Of a DNA stretch of 64,000 bases, positions 1-7,810 are shown piece after piece. Below the pieces are notes generated by a model. The model ran no database searches, was not told the DNA's origin, and worked only from the letters and a program-made list of their open reading frames with translations. Each line of letters begins with the position of its first letter. The stretch's first letter is position 1. Origin of the DNA: a virus. Lineage: Duplodnaviria; Caudoviricetes. The stretch is taken from the IMG/VR virus record IMGVR_UViG_3300035491_000281, one strand, 5' to 3'. Position numbers and translations under genes: made by a program.

Positions 1-83
1 TGGTGAGGTATACTTAAAAGCCGTGAGTGTTTCGCCGGGCATCACGGCCATGTTTGACAAGATCAATTCCTGAGGGTTTCCCC

Positions 84-428
84 ATGCCTGTCCTACAGCT
101 GGAACCGGTAGGTGGTCACTACGATCACGTCGCCAAGCGCTGTTTCGAGCACGCACCGGACACTCGCGTCTCCTGGTTTCTCACCGCCTGTTTCTGCTAC
201 TATATCGAAAATGAGTCGATCCTAACCGATGAGCTATTCGATGACTGCTGTCGGTGGTTGCTGGAACATTACGACCAGATCACTCATCCACACAAGAACC
301 TGATCACCCGCGATATGTTGGCTGCCGGGACGGGCTACAACCTCACCCGAGATGACTACCCGTTACTGGTTCAGGTGTCGGGGTTGAGTTTCATCAAAGA
401 AGTCGCAGTACACCGCAACGGACTATAA
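84..428 (+). CDS. Stand-alone Nlig-Ia-like domain protein (NAD+-dependent DNA ligase subdomain Ia)
   Basis: YYIENESILTDELFD resembles the ligase Ia motif YY-x4/5-P/S-x-(I/L)(S/T)D-x-E-(Y/F)D; no adenylation domain follows; ATG 84 follows a TGAGGG SD-like sequence. Confidence 0.55.
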   Translation: MPVLQLEPVGGHYDHVAKRCFEHAPDTRVSWFLTACFCYYIENESILTDELFDDCCRWLLEHYDQITHPHKNLITRDMLAAGTGYNLTRDDYPLLVQVSGLSFIKEVAVHRNGL

Positions 429-483
429 CGGACGGAGGGGTTTCCCTCCGTCTATGCCGTTTAATCGAAGAAAAGGAGTCTGT

Positions 484-1602
484 ATGAATCTACAAATCAA
501 ACCGCGCAGCGAGCGCCTGTTGAAAAACCTGCGAGAGTACACTCAGCATTATGAGAAATTCGCAGAGGTTGCGGGGCGGGAAAAAATCGCCTTCGATCTG
601 TATAGTTTCATACGGGGTATCAACACACGGCAGAAGTCATTCAATGTTTACGTACCGGCCACGGAAAAGATCGACACATATCGGCGCGATGTGATTACCC
701 AACTGATAGAGAACATCTTACCTGCGAACAGCATGGAATTACTCCGCATCAGTCGGGGTGTTTTCGTGATCTTGTTTGCTGAGGAGATCGTGGGTTTGTT
801 TCACACTTCATCTAGCGCGGGTACACACTTCGAAGTGATTGTCTCTGGGCCAAACGTCCTGTTGGATAGGATAGAAGAATTACTCGCTGAACACTTCCCA
901 GCTACTAAACCGCCGGCTGTAAATCGACTGGGACTGACCCACCAAGGAAACATCGTAACCCATCAGGAACTCCTACAGGTACGCAGACCCCTGACCAACC
1001 CAGAGCTGTTCTATCCCGGTGTTGGCGAAACGCCGGAAGAGCTGTGGGCTGGTTTTTCTGCATCGTCCAGCAATGTAATGTTGTTACTGGGTGAGCCTGG
1101 AACCGGTAAGTCTTCCTTTATCATGGAGCTTCTTCGGGCGCGTGGTTGGGATGACAACGTCTATCTCGTGGACCAAGACTCGGTACTCGATAGTCCGAAG
1201 CTCAATGATTTTATTCGTACTTTACCGCGGGGGTCGGTAATCATTACCGAAGATGCCGATCGCCTGGTTGGAAAACGTCAGGAGGGTAACAAATCCATGA
1301 CTGGTTTGCTGAATACCACCGCTGGTTTGGTTGGTACCGATACCAAAGTGATTGTCACCACTAACCTACCAACGCTACGGGACGTCGATGAAGCACTGCT
1401 GCGCCCAGGTCGCGCCTTTCGGGTACTGCACTTTAAGCCGTTGACCACGGCACAGGGTTACCAGCTACGTGAATACCTGGGGCTGCCGCCCGTTGTGTTT
1501 AACTCATCACTGAAGGCGGTAACATTGGCCGAAGCCATCAATTACGAAGAACAGGTAGAAACAACCCTCAAGGCGAGCGGGATCGGTTTTACCACCCGCT
1601 GA
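484..1602 (+). CDS. AAA+ ATPase
   Basis: Walker A GEPGTGKS, Walker B IITED, sensor TTN, arginine finger ALLRPGR; AAGGAG upstream of ATG 484. Confidence 0.9.
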   Translation: MNLQIKPRSERLLKNLREYTQHYEKFAEVAGREKIAFDLYSFIRGINTRQKSFNVYVPATEKIDTYRRDVITQLIENILPANSMELLRISRGVFVILFAEEIVGLFHTSSSAGTHFEVIVSGPNVLLDRIEELLAEHFPATKPPAVNRLGLTHQGNIVTHQELLQVRRPLTNPELFYPGVGETPEELWAGFSASSSNVMLLLGEPGTGKSSFIMELLRARGWDDNVYLVDQDSVLDSPKLNDFIRTLPRGSVIITEDADRLVGKRQEGNKSMTGLLNTTAGLVGTDTKVIVTTNLPTLRDVDEALLRPGRAFRVLHFKPLTTAQGYQLREYLGLPPVVFNSSLKAVTLAEAINYEEQVETTLKASGIGFTTR

Positions 1603-1657
1603 CCAAAACTTCGAGTTCGCCACCCACTGCACTAATTCACCAAGAAGGAAGCAACCC

Positions 1658-2233
1658 ATGAGTATCCTCGATATAAACAGCGCTCAGAAACCCCAGGCAA
1701 CACAACCCGGGAAACCACACACCGCTGAGATCCCACCGCAGTGTTTCGGTACCGGGCTGAGTCCCGACGCTGGGGCGCGGGCGGCCGAGCGCATGCGGGA
1801 GCGCAATGCGGCGATGACCATCAAGCGTTTCGTGCGACGCCTGATGTTGGGCTTTAGCCTGTTGTTGATTCTGAGCCTGGGTGGGTTGGGCTACTATGCT
1901 CACGCCACAAAGGTCACCGGTTACGTGACTGACACCCGTAGCTGCTCATTGGAGATCGACGGGAAAGAGCTGACCGGTACCCGTGAATACTCCTACCCCT
2001 TCACCGAAATCCTCGGCTTTCGTCTGATCGACACCAAGCACATCGAGGAAACCACCAAGGTCGATATCCGTGGTGAATCACTGCGGGTGGTTGGTCTCAA
2101 CAATACCGAGTGGTGGACAGTTAAAGTCGGTGTGGGCGAGAAGGGCATTCAACAACTCAAGCCGGCACACACATACACCTTCGTGTTAGGTGACAAGGTC
2201 GGCGTAGTGCCCTATCGCGCCTTTTGTAAGTAA
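1658..2233 (+). CDS. Hypothetical membrane-anchored protein
   Basis: Single hydrophobic helix LMLGFSLLLILSLGGLGYYA; AAGGAAG SD. Confidence 0.65.
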   Translation: MSILDINSAQKPQATQPGKPHTAEIPPQCFGTGLSPDAGARAAERMRERNAAMTIKRFVRRLMLGFSLLLILSLGGLGYYAHATKVTGYVTDTRSCSLEIDGKELTGTREYSYPFTEILGFRLIDTKHIEETTKVDIRGESLRVVGLNNTEWWTVKVGVGEKGIQQLKPAHTYTFVLGDKVGVVPYRAFCK

Positions 2234-2272
2234 ACCTGGGCGCAGGCAGCCCACAACTACGGAGTAACACCC

Positions 2273-2845
2273 ATGCTCTTTCTCGATGACGCTCGATTCA
2301 CCTTCGACGAAAAAATCAGTTATCTCAAAATACAGGTCGACTGGATCGCCGATCGCGGTTATTTCTGCCCACTGGTCTTTGGTAACGCCATGGCGTATTA
2401 CGCCGCTTATGTTGTATCGGCATCTCGTAATGGTCAGCGTTACGAGGAAATGGAGGACGCACTGAGCAAGTTCGCCCCTTATGCCCTGGCGCGGTTCAAA
2501 GAGATCTATGCCGGTGAAGCGTTTATTCTGCGACGTGCTGAGTTTGCGGGGTTGATATTCTCGCAACACCTGACGCACTGTGAGCGGCTCTATCAGCTCC
2601 TGTGTGCGATCGTCAACAGACGCGCCCCTTCAATTACACCGCACAGCATCGTGGTAGCGGCGCACACCTGCGTGACGACTTTTGAAACCCTAACGGTTCC
2701 TGAAACCATCAGTGGCCCGCAGGACATCAACCGTCACATCCGCGAGATCACGGCGCACTACAGCAACCAACTCAAAGAAGTCGAAGAGCTGTGGGAAGCT
2801 GGGCGGTTGTGTAACCCGGCTGAAGTTAAAATCAATCAACCCTAA
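2273..2845 (+). CDS. Hypothetical protein
   Basis: 190-aa ORF with GGAG SD, co-directional with neighbours. Confidence 0.65.
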   Translation: MLFLDDARFTFDEKISYLKIQVDWIADRGYFCPLVFGNAMAYYAAYVVSASRNGQRYEEMEDALSKFAPYALARFKEIYAGEAFILRRAEFAGLIFSQHLTHCERLYQLLCAIVNRRAPSITPHSIVVAAHTCVTTFETLTVPETISGPQDINRHIREITAHYSNQLKEVEELWEAGRLCNPAEVKINQP

Positions 2846-2938
2846 GGAAAAATACACCGTTTCCTTATCTACATGACGCAGTCAGTTTGACTGTGTTTTA
2901 ACCTCCCTCCACCGAGGGTCTACAAAGGAGCCACTACC

Positions 2939-3346
2939 ATGGCCGAGCAAAACGAAGCAATCCACGTTCAATGGACCCCTCCTCCGTCCGATACCCGCGA
3001 GGACGTGTTCGTTAAAATCCTCTTTGTTCATTTGGTGAACCGCGCCATTCAGCGACGCACCATCACCTATGCGGAACTGGCAAGCCTCATTGGCCTACCC
3101 CCGTCGGGAAACCACATGGCCAGTACCTTGGGGCGTTACCTGGGGCGCATCCTCGAATGGTGCTCTAACACCGGACACCCCCATCTGACCTCGTTGGTTG
3201 TGAAGGGTGAAGGGAGTCCGCAAGGCGGTATCCCCGGCAAGGGGTTCTGGGCGTTACTGAACCTTCAGGATACCACCACCAAAGAACGTCGGTTACTAAC
3301 CAAGACGTATCAGGACGCCGTATTCAACTACTACGGTCAACTGTAA
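2939..3346 (+). CDS. Putative winged-helix DNA-binding protein
   Basis: TITYAELASLIG...LGRILEWC...LTSLVV...PGKGFW pattern; AAGGAG SD. Confidence 0.5.
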   Translation: MAEQNEAIHVQWTPPPSDTREDVFVKILFVHLVNRAIQRRTITYAELASLIGLPPSGNHMASTLGRYLGRILEWCSNTGHPHLTSLVVKGEGSPQGGIPGKGFWALLNLQDTTTKERRLLTKTYQDAVFNYYGQL

Positions 3347-3392
3347 GCTGCACGCCGGGGTGGTCACCACCCCGGCCCTTAAGGGGAGTAAC

Positions 3393-3737
3393 ATGTTTCA
3401 TACAGACGCCCGCGGTAGTACCTGGTCGCACACGATCCATGGGCGCGGTAAGCGACTCGACGAAGTTAAAACCGGCTGCTATCTGGTTGAGCACATCGCT
3501 ACCGGGAAGCTCATCACCGGCACCAGCAACCAAGTCAGCCGGGATGTGGATCGCATCATTCAAGCCGTGCACGCCGGCACTTACCCCTGCCCCGCGTTGT
3601 TGAAACTCTGCGCCCACGATCCGGATCTGAAGCTGTACGAATACCCGACCGGGTCACTGAAAGAAGCCAAAGCAATTGAGCGGCAGGTGCGCGCTACACT
3701 GTATCCGGCGTATCTTTTGCTGACCCCAAAACTCTAA
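3393..3737 (+). CDS. Degenerate GIY-YIG nuclease-like protein
   Basis: GCYLVEHIATGKLITGTS resembles the GIY-x10-YIG hairpin; GGGGAG SD before ATG 3393. Confidence 0.5.
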   Translation: MFHTDARGSTWSHTIHGRGKRLDEVKTGCYLVEHIATGKLITGTSNQVSRDVDRIIQAVHAGTYPCPALLKLCAHDPDLKLYEYPTGSLKEAKAIERQVRATLYPAYLLLTPKL

Positions 3738-3766
3738 TACCACTGCCTAACACAACGAGAATCGAC

Positions 3767-4168
3767 ATGGAAATGCCAAAACTCACTCGCATCCAGCCAC
3801 ATCTGTTCCAGGCGTACTATGCCTGGATGGTTGAGAACGCGGCCAAGATCATGATCTACGTTGACGCGGTCCGACTCACCGACGAGTTTCTGAAGAGTAA
3901 GGCCGGTCCCGACGGGACTCTGGCGTTGGATGTTACGCCCCAGGCGGTTCGTTTCCTGTCAACCTCCCAAGAAGGAATTTCTTTCCACACCCGCTTTAAG
4001 GGTGTCGATACGCCGGTGGTGATTCCCTTCGAAGCCTTCAGCACCCTGGCCGGCTGGATCACCGGTTACGAAGAGCCGGTGGTGCTGGTCTTCCCAATGG
4101 TAGAAGATGTGGAGACGCTCCCGACCCCGCCGCAGGACAACCGCCCGAAGCTGACGGTGGTGAAGTAA
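3767..4168 (+). CDS. sspB: SspB-like ClpXP specificity-enhancing adaptor
   Basis: AYYAWMVEN, LDVTPQAV and ISFHTRFKGV match the SspB core; the C-terminal RPKLTVVK matches the ClpX-binding tail (E. coli RPALRVVK). Confidence 0.85.
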   Translation: MEMPKLTRIQPHLFQAYYAWMVENAAKIMIYVDAVRLTDEFLKSKAGPDGTLALDVTPQAVRFLSTSQEGISFHTRFKGVDTPVVIPFEAFSTLAGWITGYEEPVVLVFPMVEDVETLPTPPQDNRPKLTVVK

Positions 4169-4229
4169 AGAAGACGTCAGGTGTCCGAGGACACCTGCGT
4201 TATACCGCTTTCGGCTCGGGGAGGGGCTG

Positions 4230-4469
4230 ATGACTGTTTCAAATCTACTGTGGCTAGCGCTAATATCAGTACTACTGACGTTGGTAGGTGGTAAGCTGTT
4301 TCATCTACTGCTTAGCCGTAACATGCTGGTATTCACGTTCGCCGTGGTCGAAACTACCGAGGTTGAAACCTACCGTTGCCACCTACAGCGGTTAGCCTGG
4401 CTATATCTGACCGCTATGGCAGACCTGTTTTTACTGGGGGTTATTGTTCTGATGCTGGAGAGTACTTAA
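4230..4469 (+). CDS. Small hypothetical membrane protein
   Basis: Two hydrophobic stretches; GGAGGG SD. Confidence 0.5.
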   Translation: MTVSNLLWLALISVLLTLVGGKLFHLLLSRNMLVFTFAVVETTEVETYRCHLQRLAWLYLTAMADLFLLGVIVLMLEST

Positions 4470-4620
4470 CCATGCGCGATATACTCAGCGAGCGGATCGA
4501 GTATCGGAGGCGTGCTCGCCAACGTGACTTTATCTTCTACACCGGACACCTGACCTTCATTGCACTAAACCTTGGTTATGCCGTGAGTCAGTTAGTGTCG
4601 TAACTTAGCGAGGGTCTAAC

Positions 4621-5061
4621 ATGGATCGGTTCTCCACGCAAACTGAAACCGCGCGGGCGGTATGGCAATACGCCCTAAAGTCAATGATTGCAGAACTGGT
4701 CGTAGGGGGTGAATTCATGTCAGTGAGTTACCCCGACACGGACAGCAACCCAGCATTGCCCGAAATCGTGGTGCGGTTACCGCTGGGGGAGGATCACATG
4801 CTCAAAATGGCGTTGTTCGTCCACCCTTCACTGGCCGCCAGAGAGCTACTGGTCCTTTTACCGACTGAACGCGAGTTGATGGAGGCCTTCCCGCTACTGC
4901 GGGAAGAGCCACGTCTTTATGCCGGCCTGATCCGCTTCATCAACCGCACTCAACAGTACGGTCTGCGGATGCGCATTACCGAACCCCACGAGGGGTTCAA
5001 ACGGCTGGAGTTCACGTACATCAACGACCGTTCCTTTACTGTAAAGATGGTATTCCAATGA
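4621..5061 (+). CDS. Hypothetical protein
   Basis: 146-aa ORF with GAGGG SD; stop overlaps the next ATG (ATGA). Confidence 0.6.
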   Translation: MDRFSTQTETARAVWQYALKSMIAELVVGGEFMSVSYPDTDSNPALPEIVVRLPLGEDHMLKMALFVHPSLAARELLVLLPTERELMEAFPLLREEPRLYAGLIRFINRTQQYGLRMRITEPHEGFKRLEFTYINDRSFTVKMVFQ

Positions 5062-5252
5062 GCAATCCCAACAACTGCGATACCTGCCGCTACAAAGAAA
5101 TCAACCGGTCGGCTGGGTATTGTTACATGTTCGCCGAAAAGCCCACCGAGATCTGCATGCAACACAGCCACCGCGAGCAGGGGGAGTTATCCTTTCTCTC
5201 ATCAGTGTTGCGGAACCTGGCAGGTCGCCCGAAGGAGCATATTGGTGAATAA
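5058..5252 (+). CDS. Small Cys-rich protein (possible metal-binding)
   Basis: CxxC...C...C...H pattern; translationally coupled to the upstream ORF. Confidence 0.55.
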   Translation: MSNPNNCDTCRYKEINRSAGYCYMFAEKPTEICMQHSHREQGELSFLSSVLRNLAGRPKEHIGE

Positions 5253-5348
5253 AACCCTCAACCCGGTAGTCCGCAACCAAACGCTGGTGATGGCGCGGGC
5301 CGGGGGCCAGACTTTACCGCCGAAACTCTGCACCTGATCGTAACGGGC

Positions 5349-6866
5349 ATGCAAGCCTATTACGAGGAGCAGTGGCTCGCCGAGAAGGGTAGTTTGAGCG
5401 AAGACGAGAAGTCTACCATCGCCGCTCGGGTCAAGCGGGAAGTGCGCGAAAACCGCTGGGACGAGGCCAGCAACACCATCATGGTGAATGCTGCGCAACA
5501 GGCCGCCTTTGAGGATGTGGTTCACCACTATACTCGGGTTTTCACCGACCCGAACTACACGCAGGCATTCCGTCCGACCAACTACATCAACGACCCGAAG
5601 GATTTGCGTGATCTCTCGGCTTTCACCTTCTGGGGGGCGTGGGTCACCGTGGCGGAGCGCCCAGGGCAAAGCTACAGCTATACCCATAACTGGCCGTACG
5701 ATCCGGAAGCGGGTAACTACCCGACCAAGGACACCTACGTCTGGAGTTTCCTGTCGATTGCTGCACTGTTCATCGGTATCATGGCCGTGCTCTACATGTA
5801 CGGTCAAATGAAAGCCACCGGCGATGATCCGTTCAAGGAAAGTCTGCGAGCTGGTATTCTGATGTCGACCCCAGATCTGGAAAAGGGTGTGGTGCGTCCA
5901 ACGCAGCGCAAAACCTACCGTTTCTACATGCTGGCCGCAGTGGCGTTTGGACTGCAGGTGTTGGCCGGGTTCCTCTCGGTCATGGACTTCGCCGATCCAT
6001 TCCATGAAACCATCGCCGGGATTCTACCCTACACAGTGCTGCGCAGCTACCACACCCTGTTGCAGATTTACTGGATGTTCATGTGCTGGGTGGGCTACAC
6101 CATCTTCTTCCTGCCGCGGTTGGCGCCAGTGCCGAAGTATCAGGACAAGTTGATTGACCTGCTTTTCTGGCTGTGTGTGATCGTGGGTGTCGGTGGTGTT
6201 GCAGGCGTCTACTCCGGATACAACGGACTGATCACCGGCATGATGGCCTACTGGTTTGGCAGCCAGGGCTGGGAGTTCATGGCGCAGGGACATCAGAAGT
6301 ACGTCATGGAAGGGGTTTGGCTGTTCGTCCTGGCGGTGAACTTCTGGAACATCTTCGCTGCTGGTGTCTTGGGTTCGCTGCTGAACCTACCCATCATCAA
6401 CTACTTCGAGCACGCCACCTACATCACGGGCAACCACGCTCATGGCGCCATGTTCGGGGTGAAGGGTAACATCGCCCTCGCTGGGGTGTTGTTCTGCTGC
6501 CAGCACCTGATCAAACCGGAACACTGGAATGCCCGACTGATTAAGGTGTCCTTCTGGGCACTCAACATCGGCCTGGCGCTGATGATGTTCCTGGCCCTGT
6601 TCCCGGCCGGGATGTATCAACTGCTGATCATCCTCGAATCGGGATACTGGGCGGCACGGGTGCAGGAAGTCACCGGTGGGGAAATGTTCCGCATGTTCAT
6701 CAACCTGCGCGGGATCGGTATCACGATCTTCTCCATTGGCATGCTGATGATGGTGTGGTTCTTGCTCTCGCGGGTACGCCACCTGCGGGCGGAAACCCAA
6801 CCTGAGGGTGACAACTGGGCCAACCATGAAAATGATTGGCGCAAGCAGCGGGACGAAGCCCTGTAA
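5349..6866 (+). CDS. nod: NOD (nitric oxide dismutase)/qNor-family heme-copper superfamily protein, N-truncated with an internal in-frame deletion; possibly a pseudogene
   Basis: YTHNWPYDP, RSYHTLLQIYW..CWVGYTIFFLPRL, WFGSQGWEFM, YVMEGVWLF, NYFEHATYITGNHAHGAMFGVKGN; homology extends upstream of the ATG (GDGAGRGPDFTAETLH from ~5286); no H(M/L)WVE or HH/HN FeB motifs present. qNor superfamily is secure; the NOD subfamily call is from recalled sequences. Confidence 0.8.
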   Translation: MQAYYEEQWLAEKGSLSEDEKSTIAARVKREVRENRWDEASNTIMVNAAQQAAFEDVVHHYTRVFTDPNYTQAFRPTNYINDPKDLRDLSAFTFWGAWVTVAERPGQSYSYTHNWPYDPEAGNYPTKDTYVWSFLSIAALFIGIMAVLYMYGQMKATGDDPFKESLRAGILMSTPDLEKGVVRPTQRKTYRFYMLAAVAFGLQVLAGFLSVMDFADPFHETIAGILPYTVLRSYHTLLQIYWMFMCWVGYTIFFLPRLAPVPKYQDKLIDLLFWLCVIVGVGGVAGVYSGYNGLITGMMAYWFGSQGWEFMAQGHQKYVMEGVWLFVLAVNFWNIFAAGVLGSLLNLPIINYFEHATYITGNHAHGAMFGVKGNIALAGVLFCCQHLIKPEHWNARLIKVSFWALNIGLALMMFLALFPAGMYQLLIILESGYWAARVQEVTGGEMFRMFINLRGIGITIFSIGMLMMVWFLLSRVRHLRAETQPEGDNWANHENDWRKQRDEAL

Positions 6867-6883
6867 CAAAATCGACTAACGTC

Positions 6884-6920
6884 GGGCATAGGCCTCTCCC
6901 GCGGGAGAGGCTTTATGTCG
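6884..6920 (+). terminator. CATA-hairpin-TTATGTCG intergenic element
   Basis: GCCTCTCCC-gc-GGGAGAGGC stem flanked by GGCATA and TTTATGTCG. Confidence 0.65.
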
Positions 6921-7098
6921 TCAGATGTCGGTCCTACCCCCAAGCGCGCCAAAAGCCGCTGAGACTACTCCAAACGGACTCGGGTACCCTACGGCGGTCG
7001 TGCTGTCGATCGCGCTGTGACGGCGCCGACAGGGGCTCTGAATAGCACTGCAGATAATAACCGATGGCGGACACGGCGGTACCTCAATTGAATCGGAT

Positions 7099-7114
7099 TT
7101 CAGGTCTATATAAC
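7099..7114 (+). promoter_or_regulatory. Candidate early promoter (variant TATATAAC)
   Basis: TTCAGGTCTATATAAC resembles the recurring TTGRRNNYATATCAC motif; lies upstream of a new transcription unit. Confidence 0.4.
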
Positions 7115-7173
7115 GTTGATGTACCAAGTCCAGCAAGGCTTCGGTCCCACCCCTAATCTGAAGGAAGATTATC

Positions 7174-7341
7174 ATGCGTATCAAAGTCGGTCCCGTCTCG
7201 ATCAACACCAACAACCTGAACATCACCCTCGACCGCCGCACCATCAAAGGCGCCCCGGTTTGGAAACACGCAGCCTATGTCGCCGGTGGTGTTATTGCCA
7301 CCGCCGCAGCCGGTGCCGTCGTCAGTAACTTTCGTCGTTAA
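7174..7341 (+). CDS. 55-aa small protein with a C-terminal hydrophobic helix (not in the ORF track)
   Basis: MRIKVGPVSINTNNLNITLDRRTIKGAPVWKHAAYVAGGVIATAAAGAVVSNFRR; AAGGAAG SD; mostly C-ending codons. Confidence 0.65.
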   Translation: MRIKVGPVSINTNNLNITLDRRTIKGAPVWKHAAYVAGGVIATAAAGAVVSNFRR

Positions 7342-7364
7342 CCCGCCCAAGGAAACCTCTCAAA

Positions 7365-7670
7365 ATGCCGCACAATACCGCCAGCAACAAAATTGTCGAT
7401 CTCATCGAACGCCGCGTCCGCCTCAACCAAAAGCGTGGCAACAGCAACCCCGTCACGCTGACCGCCACCATCGACGAACTCAAGGCCCTGATGAGCCTGG
7501 ACCGTCTGAAGACCATCACCCGCAACCGCCTGATTAGCAAGCTGGAATCGCATGGTTACGAGGTGACCTTCACCGGTGGTGAGTTGGTGATCACGGTCGA
7601 TCCGGCGGAGCGCGATTGTCTGTTCACCAGCATCGAGGATCTCGAAGATTCGCTGGAAGAAGACGAGTAA
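7365..7670 (+). CDS. Hypothetical protein with acidic C-terminus
   Basis: AAGGAA SD, strong codon bias, followed by a hairpin element. Confidence 0.7.
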   Translation: MPHNTASNKIVDLIERRVRLNQKRGNSNPVTLTATIDELKALMSLDRLKTITRNRLISKLESHGYEVTFTGGELVITVDPAERDCLFTSIEDLEDSLEEDE

Positions 7671-7810
7671 CCGACATAAGCGAGGTCCCGAAAGGGCCTC
7701 GCTGTCGCGTGTTCTTTTTTTTTCTTCGTCCGATCTTTACCACAACAGCCGCGTAGGGAGGTTGACGGAAAAAAGGGAGACCCACAGGTCTCCCGGGTTT
7801 GTAACATCAA

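Noticed and set aside
5349-6866. Functional NO reductase or dismutase auxiliary metabolic gene
   Set aside because: The FeB-ligand and catalytic Glu helices are absent, so canonical catalysis is not supportable
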